A stretch of DNA of 63,983 nucleotides, counting the filler, from Licmophora abbreviata (lineage: Eukaryota): NCBI GenBank assembly GCA_900291995.1. It is 12 parts of 12 records of this genome, joined end to end, with 100 filler letters (N's around TTAATTAATTAA, not from the genome) between each part and the next. Parts side by side here need not be neighbours in the genome. Positions count along the whole stretch, not along the records: positions 1 to 10,346 come from OLMU01005099.1; positions 10,447 to 16,053 come from OLMU01005101.1; 10 more parts are not named here. One strand, given 5' to 3'. Below, in pieces: positions 1 to 11,096 of the stretch; position 1 is the stretch's first letter; each line of letters opens with the position of its first letter. Under the pieces are notes generated by a model. It had not been told where the DNA came from and did not search any database. It saw only the letters and a program-made list of their open reading frames with translations. A program made the translations under genes and the position numbers.

Positions 1-1171
1 CGCAACGATACCACATAATCACACAAGAGCACCAGCGGGAGCAATATTCTAGCAGACGCCTTCTTTTTCTTGGAAAAATTCAGCGACAACTGATTCGCTA
101 GCACACGTCCAAAGTGCAGCACAAAAGAGTGTGCATAACGGGAGGCCGGCACGTTATTCGACTTGATAGCATTCCAGACGGAGAACCCTTCAATCGCAAT
201 CATTTTACAGATAAGAGCGTCTCCAAATGCTGATTCGCTCAGCAAAGTCCCGAAGTTCTCGGATAGTGATAATATTTTGGTTTCCAATGCCTCCATCGAG
301 GAAATCTGATCCTCCTCGGAAGTGTTGTTCGTCGAGCCAACTCCCTGAAAGAAGTCAAAGTGCAAATCTACAAATTGGGCCAAAAACACGCGACTGTCCA
401 TCTTGTTGTTCTTTTTCACTTTGGCACTGTAAGAGGACTGTTGCTTTTCAAGCTGGTCGCGATTGGTCTGAAACAAGCGAGCCAAGTTGTCGCCGGCAGT
501 GGAAAAGGGGTCTTTGCTCGCACACAGCGCACGCGCATAATAATAGAGAGAAAGACAGGACAGTGGAGCCGAGGGGTCCTTAAGCTGCGCCACGACGGCA
601 AGCTGGTTGTAAGGGTTCCCCCTGCCAGGAGAGACTTTGATGATTTCGTGTAATACAGCTCAGCTTTCTTGTAGTCGGTCAAGTACCGCTGCAAGTCGCC
701 CATGTAGAGATAAATCTTGCACAGACCACCGACTACTCCGTCGGTAGCGGTAGCCGTAGTGCATATGCTCATGTTCTCGTCGTCTTCGTCTTCCTGTGTT
801 GCAGTCGGCAACAGTTTCTTTTCATACTTGCCAATGAGGTAGTCGTACAACACCACTGCTTCCTTGAGAAAGAGCTGGAGCGAGTCCTTATACTTTTTGA
901 GATTCGGTCCCTTCTTCCTGAGTTCCTTGCTCATCCGACTGCGCAGTTCACTGATACGCGAGTAGAAGCAGTGACGCCAGAGTCGACTGAAGACATCGTG
1001 TCGGTAGGCGTACCGCGGATACGTCAAAATGACATCGCTCAAGACTTCGCAGAGCTGCATTCTGAGTCGCGATGTTTGCGTGGTTTCGCGTTGCGATGGC
1101 AATGCGGCAAGCTGACTCTCAATGTCCGCAGCTCGAGTCATCTGCTCTTGTACGTCGGAGGAAGAAGGCAT
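1..1171 (-). CDS. SMG7/SMG6/EST1-family protein (NMD/telomerase-associated TPR-like domain); 3' end outside window; apparent 1-nt frameshift near 636-638
   Basis: ORF 416..1171 has LWRHCFYSRISELR and KIYLYMGDLQRY. The shifted frame continues SPGRGNPYNQLAVVAQ...LYYYARALCASKDPFSTAGDNL (Est1 motifs) and stays open to position 1. Confidence 0.8.
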
Positions 1172-1258
1172 GATTAAGCAGCTGAAGGAGGTACGGAGGT
1201 TCGAAGAAGCTGTCTGAGGGAACTCTGGTGTCCTTAAAGTGTAGACCTAAAGTCGCAC

Positions 1259-1707
1259 TCACTGTGCCCGGCGTGTGAGCAGATTCTTCAAATTGAAAAT
1301 GTCGTCCCGCAGTACTGAAATACGTGGTATCAACGCGTCAGTCACGAGTTCAAACAAATTAGGCGTCAAACGAACGGTTTTGTCTCGAGGATCAACGTCT
1401 TCGCCTTCTTCTTTGTCAAGTATTGAAACTGAGGCATCGGGCTCAACTCTAGTCTTGTGGAAGAACAGAAAAGCACACAAGCAGAAGCACAAGGACGTGG
1501 CCGTTGCTGCCTTTTTTTGTTGAATGGTGTGCGCGGTCTGATGGTGTGGCGGGCGAGCTTTTCCGAGTAGACGAACGGCCGGCGGTCGGACGGAACCGAA
1601 CTGTCTACCGCCACAGACTGTCCACCTCTCTCTCTACTTCGTACACTCTCAACTACTGCTCCATGATATACTGGTTCACTTTGCTTTGTAGCTAGCGTCA
1701 TAACCAA
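1259..1707 (-). CDS. Small hypothetical single-TM protein, possibly frameshifted at the A7 run near 1512-1518
   Basis: Overlapping ORFs 1366..1707 and 1259..1492 join if one A is added (…FNKKKAATATSLCFCLCAFLFF…); no family recognised. Confidence 0.3.
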
Positions 1708-1760
1708 CCAGGACCAGTGGGCTCGACTTTGGCTTCCTTTTATAGATAGTGATCAACGGC

Positions 1761-2658
1761 TTACCACCACCACCACCAACTGGCTTGTATCGTCTTGGAG
1801 AACGCTTCCGTCTCGCCGCAAGTTTTCAACCACTCTTGAATCTTTCCACAACCTTGTTCTTCGAGAGGTCCAAACTCCTCATTGAGTCGCCATAGAAACG
1901 GGAACGCCGCACAATCCGCCAACGTAGGCTTGTCCCCACACAAAAATGGTCCCACCACATGCTCGTCCATGTCCCTCAACATTGACATCAGTTTCTCCTT
2001 CCTTTTCCCCAAGACCACATCCTTTCCGACCGGTAGCATATCTTTTATACGTCGACGAAATTCCTGCACTAGCTCTTCCATACCATCATTACTACTCTGC
2101 AAGACATTCCCTCCTTCCACCACTCCTCCTTGGACAAGTTGATCCAAAATCAAATCACTGTCTGGCAGAACGACGGCTCCTCCATAGCATACCAAGACGG
2201 GAACTGTGCCAGCTTCGTTGAGCTCCCAAAACCAGTCCGGTTTTCCGTTTGCTCCATAGAGACTAACTTCTTCCATTTCGTATGGAGCTTGAGCGAGTTC
2301 CAACGCGATCCAAGCTTTCTGGGCTAGTATTGTTGTTGTGTAAACATAAAAGTAGAAACATGTGAGTCCAGTCAATTCGTTTTTGCAGGTGCCACGATCA
2401 CAATGGCTTTGATTCATCTACTTTCATTGTACTTCAAAGTACGATGCAAGTCCTCTGCTTACCAAAAGGACACATCTTGTTGGTGACAAAGCGAGTTGAG
2501 GATGGACTTTGTCGGACGGCGAAATTGGCAATGTCGGCGGCGCTCTTGCTCATCATGGAGAGTGAAAACGCTTGGCAGTACAATGGCAAGAGAGCCAGTA
2601 CTAGGAAGACGGAAAGGAAGCCTGATGGTGTAATTGTGCCAGAGAGACCTTTCATCAT
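1761..2658 (-). CDS. Glutathione S-transferase (Cys-type, omega/DHAR-like), probably plastid-targeted; exons 2658-2463 and 2323-1761
   Basis: Removing GT-AG intron 2462..2324 gives NKMCPFAQKAW. Also has VPVL, DSDLI and LADCA motifs, and a signal peptide ending CQA-F. Confidence 0.85.
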
Positions 2659-2909
2659 GTTTATCAATAGCGAAGCGAAGAATGATGTAGCAGCATCAGC
2701 AGCTTCGTTGTCTTTCATTCATCAGCAGGCTGTGTGAGGTGCTTTGGGCGTCATAGAAATGTCGCTGCGACATTTCAGCTAGGTCGGTAAAATTTCGAAA
2801 ATTTCTCAAGATGCGAACCCACGTGACATCCTGTGTGACACAAAACCGTTTTCATCACAGTTCCCCAAAAAACCGTGTCATACATCGTATCATAGTCTAC
2901 AGCGAGATC

Positions 2910-3967
2910 ATGTCTGGAAAGAGAGATACGGAAGAGGGTTACGGTGCCATCCCTCAAACGAGCGATGAGGCTGCGTCTTATGACTTGGTGGAGTCAAGCA
3001 GTTTGAAGAAAGAGCTGATCGCTGAGCTTTTCGGAACGTGTACGTTGGTACAGATTGGATGTGCCGGTCTCTGTGTCAATCTTTACCTGTCCGCCTTGAG
3101 TGGCATGTGGCAGGTGGGTGTCATCTGGGCGCTCGGCGCCACTATCGCTATTCTGGCGACGGCGTCCATCTCAGGGGGTCACCTCAACCCCGCCGTCACG
3201 CTCGCCTTTGCCTTGGTGAGGCGCGAGGACTTCTCGTGGAGGCGTGTTCTCCCTTACTGGCTTGCGCAGCTTGTAGGTGCCATGCTGGCCGGTACCATCA
3301 ATCTAATACTCTTCCACGCTGCCATTCGTCAGTTTGAGAAGAAGAATGCCCTGGTGAGAGGAGACTCCCATGCCATCACGAGTGCTTCTGCATTTGGGGA
3401 TTACTGGAGGTGCGTGCGTGTGATCCGTGTAGACTAGAATCATGATGCAGCTCATCTCGTACTAGACTTACCCAACGTTCACCCCTTGTCTACTACTGCT
3501 ACTGCTCGCCTTACCAGCCTGTCCAAGAATGTTGACAGTGCCGCACATGCGTTCTTCATCGAGGCCTTTGGAACGGCATTTCTCTGCTTTGTCATTTTCA
3601 CAATGACGCACGCTCGCAACCCCCTCCCATCTACCGCCGTCCCGCCCACTGTGGGAGTCGCCATTGGCTTGATCGTGGCCTCGCTCGGGGGTCTCACTGG
3701 GTACGTATCATACAGTATGGCGCTCATCCCTGGGTGTCTTTGCAACATGCCTCACATCGAAACTTACTTGAAAAACTTCCCCCCACCCTGGTTATTATGC
3801 ATAGATCCGGGATCAATCCGGCACGTGACTTGGGGCCTAGGTTGGTGACGCTCCTAGCTGGGTGGGGAGCCCCGGCCATGACGGACTTTGGAGTTTACAT
3901 TGTAGGGCCATTGATTGGGGGTCCCGTGGGCGCGTTCCTTGCGGACCGTGTGCTCAACTTGGAGTGA
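2910..3967 (+). CDS. Major intrinsic protein (aquaporin/aquaglyceroporin); exons 2910-3409, 3518-3700, 3805-3967
   Basis: SGGHLNPAVT and INPARDLGPR (two NPA boxes; NPARD is aquaglyceroporin-like). Introns 3410-3517 and 3701-3804 restore the frame. Confidence 0.92.
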
Positions 3968-4182
3968 AAGGGAGACTTCTTTGATCGGGCTAGCTCGTCG
4001 TCTCTAGCTCGACAGGAGGATAAGACTGTTCGTGGGGAGTGAAACGTGTAGGTACCGGCAATCGAGGAAGGCCCCATTTCGATAGAACGCGCTACTACAT
4101 TTAAAACAGATCTTTTGCATTTAAGATTGATTCACTAGGTATCACAGGCTGCAAGTAGATCAGACACACTGTGGTTCACCGA

Positions 4183-7072
4183 TCAGTTGCGAAGCAGGCT
4201 CTCCAGGGCTGATTTGGCCAACAAGCCATAAGAGGCGCTTTCCGTCTTTAGACAAATCTTGCATGCATCGACGCCCTGCTTGAAGGTTAGCTCTGCCAAG
4301 AAGTCCATAGCCGTGACAGTCCTCATTGAAAAGTAGACGACTTCCTGTCCTTCGGCATTGGGAACGGGACGTCGAGCAATAAAGAAGACATTACTTGCCT
4401 TGAATTTGGCTATGATGGCATCAACATCGGCCGACGGTAGGTCCGCCACGGTTCCAAACAGTTCCTTGCGGTCGTCAATTGACTTCCACGCCTCGATAAA
4501 CGTGGAGCGTTCCAGAGCACCGTCGGGGACAAAGAGAGCTTCCAGGTTTAAGTTGGCGGCGAAGTAGAACACGTTGCTCGTCGCCATGTTTTTGATGGCT
4601 ACCTGGATTTGGGGGGATGCCGGCTGATCAGCTGGAGTGGGGGCAAGCATGTTGGGCGCGGTCGTTAGCTGTACGGAGCCACGGCCTGTTCCACCAACGG
4701 GTACGGGTGGGTTCAACACAATCTGCTGAGTGGCAGGGCTGAGGCCAAATGCGTTCTTGTTGAGCTGTACGGCCACACTAGACACCGGCACCTGCGAAGA
4801 GACATTCTTGAATTCCATTTCCATCGTTACAACTGCATTCACTTGACGGAAGGCTGCAAACACATCGATACCTCCCGACTTGTCGGCACCGCACACCTGC
4901 ACATAATTGATGTCGGACTAACATTGCAAAAGCAAGAGCAAACAGATAGCAGTGAGATCCATCATTCAGTAGAAGCAGACGGTCCCACCGCACACCATCT
5001 CTACGTACCACCTCGCCGCCGCCAAAGATATCGCCTGGCGACTCGTCTGTTACCCCGAGTCCACCAATGTCCAACAAATCCGCAGCTCCGCCTTCACCGA
5101 CATCATTCTCATCCTCGTACTCTTCCTCATCTTCCTCGTCGTACTCGTCTCCGACCGCTGCACCAGCACGACTTCCTCGCACTACAAAGGCTTCCGGTGG
5201 TTTGTGATAGACACTGCTCAAAGTGGCAATTTGTCCGATCAGAATATTGAGAAGCTGAGGCTCGAGGCGGAATGTGTCATCCTCAATGACGGGCTTGTCG
5301 CCAAGCACCACCATTTTGGCCGCTTCGGGATCCGTCGAAAGCAAACGCCAGTAGATGAAACCGCGATCACGCAAGTCTGGGTTGTCGCTCTCTTCCGTTG
5401 CCATGTCGAGGACACGCTGTACCATGTCCTGCGTGTCTTCAGGATTCTTCAAAAAGCACTTGACCGTCGCCGTCAAGAGCTGCAACTGCACGGCAGGATC
5501 TTCCTCTTCAAATGTCTCCAAGAAAGTATCAAGTAACTCATCCGCATTGTCGATGCGCTCCGCATATTCTCCAATAATCCAAATCATCGACGCCTTGGCC
5601 AACGGCTCATCAAGCGTATCGAGATTGTCACACAACGTGGCGATAATGCTTTCGTAGCGATTCGGATAACGACGGAAAATGTCCTTGATGACAATGACGG
5701 ATTCCTGCACGACATAGTTTACTTTGGTCTGAATCAACTCCAACAAAACCCCGATGCATCGTTCTGCCGCACGTTCCAACTTGACCGCGCATCGTCCAAT
5801 CGCACTGACGCTCTTTCGAACAAAGTCCACGTCGACTTCGGTAGCGTACTCCTTGAGTTCCAACAAGACTTGATCAATGTTCTTCTCGCTGACCAACTTG
5901 ATGATGATTTCCAGTTTTTCCATTTTCACATAAATGGGATCATTGTACTTGCAGAAGAAGACCTTGATTTCATTCTCGAGGATGTTGGGACGCTTCTGAA
6001 CAATCAAGTTGATGTTTCGCAAGGCAACGTACTGGATTTCAGGTTCCGAATTGAGTAGAGTAACGAGCGGCGGGGCCAATTTACGCGTCAAGTTGCGAAT
6101 GGCATCTGAGTTGGCACTTCCCATGAGTTCCATGTAACTGAGAATAACCTTGACTGCCGACATGACGACGGCCGAGTTGGCGTGCTGCAATCGCGGAGTG
6201 ACACGTTCAATAATGCCTTCCGCTTCGCGCGCATCCGTGGGCGTGTACTTGGCAAGCGAGTCGAGAATGAAGACTTGGCCCCACTCGGTGCATTCGTTCA
6301 AGGCCGCCAAGAGCTTTTGCAAAACGCTAGCGCTGATCTTCATGACATCTCGTCCAGACGTTTCAGCGATTTCGGAAAGTGCCGCGACACCATTGGCCAC
6401 GACGGACGGATTGCTGTCGCTGATCAAGTCGTGCAAGACCTCGAGGAAGCCCCGCTCTTTGACCATATCCGGAGCAATATCGTAGAGCTTAGCGACACAG
6501 ACCGCAGCCGTTTTGCGCACATACGGATCTTCGTCCCTCAAAGCACGACCTAGGGGTTCACAGAGATACTCGGTAATACGATCGACTCGAATGCAGCCCA
6601 TGGTCCGGACTGCCAGGGCTCGGATGAGTGGATTCGCATCGTTTGCGTCTTTGACAAAGCTGTCAGGGAACGAGATGAGCGAAAGGGTGAGCGACAGCGA
6701 GAAGTCGTATGCGGGTAGCAGGGCGGGTAGACTAGCGGTGGGGAATGAATGAATCACATCGTACGGGACTTACGTATTGACAGCCAGGAGGGTAAGCTCC
6801 GGCTGTGACTTGGCGTAATTGATCAAGTAGAGGTAGACCAGTTTCTTGAGTTCAATGTTTCCAGTCTGAACACAGTTAAGGACATCGGTAAAGAGCATAC
6901 TAACGTCCTTTCCGACCGTCATGGCAGCAATGACCTTCTTGACGGCGTCGACCTTGACATGACGGTCCGTGCTGTGCAGCTCCAGACGAAGCTCATTGAT
7001 CTCTCCTTTCTTCTGAGTAGTAAAGAAGCGAGAGTCACTTCCGTGGGCCTCTTTTCCGAGAATCTTTGCCAT
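4183..7072 (-). CDS. AP-1/AP-2 adaptor complex beta subunit (beta-adaptin); exons about 7072-6774, 6659-5009, 4896-4183
   Basis: [47 protein letters not shown], plus a C-terminal appendage domain; GT-AG introns. Confidence 0.95.
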
Positions 7073-7583
7073 ACTGGAGTGTCTGCCGGGTATGATGAGT
7101 ACATTGCATACATGTCATCGACAAGATGAAATTGTGAGGAGGACATACGTAGAACCAGTACGACAAGCTACGCATTCCAGGCTGTCGTCGAGCTTACACA
7201 CGACAGCGTTTCTATTTCTCGCCCGCTGAGTCTCCAACAGGTCTTACCTCTTTCCTTACAGACAAGCAGTCGAGGCAGACACAGCGTGGTTCGACAAGGA
7301 AGTCAAAGAACGACGAGACGAGGACGGCGGCAAGGAACGCAATGCTTGTTTGCTTTGTGCCCGTCGGCGGCCGCCGCTCCACGATGACTGTGTCTGTGTG
7401 TGAGTGACACAGAAGGGTGGGAGTGCACGTCTCACACAACCGCCACAGCCAGACTTTCAATTGGTCTGTGCGTACGTCAGATGACTTTCCCGCCACTCAT
7501 CACTACTCGAGTACTCCGAGTAGGCCTTTTTCCTTGCTACGAGTATCGTACTCGTAAGACTTCATATTCCATCCATCATCGCC

Positions 7584-9323
7584 ATGGTGCGCGTTTCGGC
7601 GGCTCTTTTGGCCACCCTGGTCGCTACTTCATCACAGCAGCAGCATGTGAAAGCATGGATATCTGAATCATGCCACCGATCTAGAGTCTCTAGCCACCAA
7701 AGAAAACTTGTGGTGCACACCTACCACTCCTCGTGGCAGCACAGGCACGAAGCACCCATCACGACAACGAAGACATCACTCCGCCTGTCATCATCATCAT
7801 CATCATCATCGTCGTCCACGCAGACACAACAAGACATTCACTTGTTCAATTCCAAAGCTCGCGAGAAACAAAAATTCACTACTCTCAATCCCAACATTGT
7901 GAATATGTACACGTGTGGACCCACCGTCTACGACGCTGCTCATATTGGCAATTTTAGGGCCTTCCTCACCTACGATGTCTTGAAGCGTGTCTTGGAGTAT
8001 TTTGGGTACAATGTGAAGCATGTATGCAACATTACTGACGTTGACGACAAGATTATTAACAAGTGCAAGGAACTTCAGGTGGATATCGAGTCATTGACCC
8101 ACAAGTATGAGGAGAAGTTTCGACAAGATCTCAACGCCCTCAATATAGTGCCCGCCAACCGATATCCACGTGCCACCGAACACATTCCCGAGATGGTCGA
8201 AATGATTCTGACTCTACGAGACAAAGGACTGGCTTATCAGAGTGACGTCGACGACTCGTGGTACTTCAATACAGCGAACTCTCCTTCCTATGGACAACAG
8301 CTAGTCCAAACCTCGGAAATAGAACTCCAGCAGCAGTCGACCGACCGTAATGAACTCAACGCGAAACGACACTTTCAAGATTTTTGTTTATGGAAAGCAT
8401 ACAAACCAGAGGCTGATCTTGAAGAAGCTGTCTGGGACAGCGCGGAACTTGGCAAGGGCCGTCCCGGATGGCATTTGGAGTGTTCCGCAATGGCTCGAAA
8501 ATATTTGGGCGATACCTTGGATGTCCATTGCGGTGGCATTGACCTCAAGTTTCCGCATCATGAAAATGAAATCGCGCAGAGCGAGGGAACGACTGATAAG
8601 CCTTTCTGTCAGTGTTGGATACACAATGGGTTTGTAAATATCGGGAAAGAAAAGATGAGCAAGTCCTTGGGCAACTTTGTGACGCTCCGACAGGCCTGTC
8701 CCACGCCGCAAGAGGTACGCGCGTACCGGTATTTGGTGGTAAGCTCGCAGTATCGGACCGCTTTGACCTTTACCGAACAAGCCATACAAGCAGCCAAAAA
8801 CTCTGTGAAACGGATGGACAAAGTCAAAGAGCAAGTGGAGCGGGTATTGAAAGAGGCTTGTGATGATGAAAGAATTGGAGAGTCGGAACTTGCAATGAAG
8901 GTTGTACCGCGACAGCTAGAGATATTTGAAGCTGCCCTACGCGATGATCTGAGTATGCCTCGTGCGGCGGCGGCTCTTTTTTCTCTTGTCAAAGCGGCCG
9001 AGACGGAAATAAAGCGTGTGCCCAAGGACGAAAACCGACTCCTCGATCGAGAAGGACTCAGAGCCGTTCTTGATGGCATGGAACAGATGGATAAAGTGTT
9101 TGGCATCTTTTATGATGTGCCACTTACGGGAGAAGAGCAGGCACAGCAGGCACAAGACGCGACAGTCCCCGGTGAAGTTATGGACCTAGTAGGGCGGAGA
9201 AAAGTAGCAAAGGAATCGAAGGATTGGGAGCTGGCCGATTCGCTGCGGTTGCGAATCACTGAGCTCGGATTCCGCGTCAAGGATGTCAAGGGAGGCGATC
9301 CGATTGTAAGCCGACTAGATTGA
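7584..9323 (+). CDS. cysS: Cysteinyl-tRNA synthetase, organelle-targeted
   Basis: [35 protein letters not shown] and KMSKS motifs; N-terminal signal plus Ser-rich transit-like peptide. Confidence 0.95.
   Translation: MVRVSAALLATLVATSSQQQHVKAWISESCHRSRVSSHQRKLVVHTYHSSWQHRHEAPITTTKTSLRLSSSSSSSSSSTQTQQDIHLFNSKAREKQKFTTLNPNIVNMYTCGPTVYDAAHIGNFRAFLTYDVLKRVLEYFGYNVKHVCNITDVDDKIINKCKELQVDIESLTHKYEEKFRQDLNALNIVPANRYPRATEHIPEMVEMILTLRDKGLAYQSDVDDSWYFNTANSPSYGQQLVQTSEIELQQQSTDRNELNAKRHFQDFCLWKAYKPEADLEEAVWDSAELGKGRPGWHLECSAMARKYLGDTLDVHCGGIDLKFPHHENEIAQSEGTTDKPFCQCWIHNGFVNIGKEKMSKSLGNFVTLRQACPTPQEVRAYRYLVVSSQYRTALTFTEQAIQAAKNSVKRMDKVKEQVERVLKEACDDERIGESELAMKVVPRQLEIFEAALRDDLSMPRAAAALFSLVKAAETEIKRVPKDENRLLDREGLRAVLDGMEQMDKVFGIFYDVPLTGEEQAQQAQDATVPGEVMDLVGRRKVAKESKDWELADSLRLRITELGFRVKDVKGGDPIVSRLD
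7788..7810 (+). repeat. (TCA)n microsatellite encoding poly-Ser in the CysRS presequence
   Basis: tcatcatcatca… run seen directly. Confidence 0.85.
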
Positions 9324-10057
9324 GGAATGTATTCCAGTGCGTAGTGAGTGGCACCGCCATTTCTCAGAGTAGAGTGGCTGCGACAGAACATTGGGTTGAG
9401 CGAGCCCTTGCTCTGAAGAGTCAACTTGCAAAAGGATTTCGAGAGCCTCTTGTATTTCCCTGGTTCAGCTCATAGCCAAGATTCCATATGATATATTGTT
9501 TGGTACTGTGCATGCCTTCCCCTCTCTTTTGCCCTGGAATTGTGTACTGGGACAGTTATCCGGCAACACTGCTTCCACTCGTTTCCCCGACGTACCGGTC
9601 GGAACTGGTAGTTTCCGATTCCCGGACGGGTACCTATACCCTTACTTGACAGGAGCTCGCCCAGCGCTATTCAGTCGATCTTCCTGCATATCAAATTAGT
9701 TTTCATTACCTTTTGCTGTTAAATAAAAAATGTCTTTAATGTATATATACCTGATTGCTTCTATGTCTTACTGCTGACTTGACTCGCCAAACCAGAAAAT
9801 GTGGCAACTTATCTAGACTATCTCTCGCCGATTCTCACATTTTGCTCTCTGTGGGCATCAGTCGCTGCTTTCATCGAGCAGAGCGAACGAAGATAACCAA
9901 GTTCATCCTTTCAGAATTCAGCTGTTACGAAGGTAAAAGAGTACGTTCCAGTATCTACCACGCTGGTCAGGAATCCACAGTCTTCTTTTGAAAAATGGAG
10001 ATCTTTCTGCCATAACTCACCCAGCACTGTTTCTGCTGTTTTTCTCAGCGATCCACA

Positions 10058-10346
10058 ATGAAAGTGGCTAAGACAATTGGATCTTTGGGCTTGTTGGTCC
10101 TCTCTTTGGTCGTCAGAGGCAGTGGTGCTGTCGATACGAACGCCGTGAAAGAGCAAATCATGACGGGCTTAGGACTAAACGCCATGGAGTCGACCGGCGT
10201 TATCTCCAAGTGGCTTGCTGATCTGATCGCTTTCGGCACAAAAAATATGCCTTCGACAAAAAATGGTGAAGAGTCTAGCGCAGGCAGCATCGGTGACTTT
10301 TTTGAGCTGATTCGTGGGCTCGGCGCAGCAGCCAAAAGTACTGGAG
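10058..10346 (+). CDS. Secreted hypothetical protein, N-terminal fragment truncated at contig end
   Basis: ORF begins with a signal-peptide-like MKVAKTIGSLGLLVLSLVVRGSGA and runs into the gap. Confidence 0.5.
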
Positions 10347-11096
10347 NNNNNNNNNNNNNNNNNNNNNNNNNNNNNNNNNNNNNNNNNNNNTTAATTAATT
10401 AANNNNNNNNNNNNNNNNNNNNNNNNNNNNNNNNNNNNNNNNNNNNAAGCCGGACGGGTCGGAGCCATCGCTTTTGATTGGAAGCGCAGTGTTCGATGAT
10501 AGGAGCAGTAGTACATACGTGGTTCATTTGGATGCAAAGTGCAAAAACTCTTAGGAGATGATGAATGGATCTCTCCTGTTGTTCGCAGCATGTTCGTGTG
10601 CCATGTGATCCGGTTGGGTAATACATGCGGTGTCTGTCGGTCGCAAATCTCGCTTAGTACTTTCTCATGATAACCGGCCTTGTCTACTCGTATTCTAATT
10701 GATAAAAGTTGAAAACGCCTATCCCATGACCTTTGAATAATACGACTGTAGTATAACATACGCGTTGCTTACTAGCATCCACTGTCAGCTTTGATGAAAT
10801 GGAAGCTGTCCTCGTTCTCTCGGCAAAGTCTGTCGGCAGACCCCACCGGACCTAAGACACCTGAACGATTGCATGAACGCCGGATGTTAAGTACAATACG
10901 TGTTCTGCGTTGGCATCTTTCTTGAAAACTTGAAACCGTCATTCTTCTGCGTCACGATGTCGTCGACCACCACGCACGACGGCAAAACTCATCGAAGGGG
11001 GAAGAAACGATTTCAGGAATTCTCTTCGTGCTGCTCATAACTCTTCAATTCCCTTTCCCAATACCGGTATCTTACCTCTAGTGACTGAGTGAGACC

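Noticed and set aside
10347..10446. Repeated N44-TTAATTAATTAA-N44 blocks (11 in the window)
   Set aside because: Artificial contig spacers with stops in all frames; not biological repeats or CRISPR.
10447..11090. Short minus-strand ORFs at the start of contig 2
   Set aside because: No recognisable motifs; at most a few N-terminal codons run into the gap.
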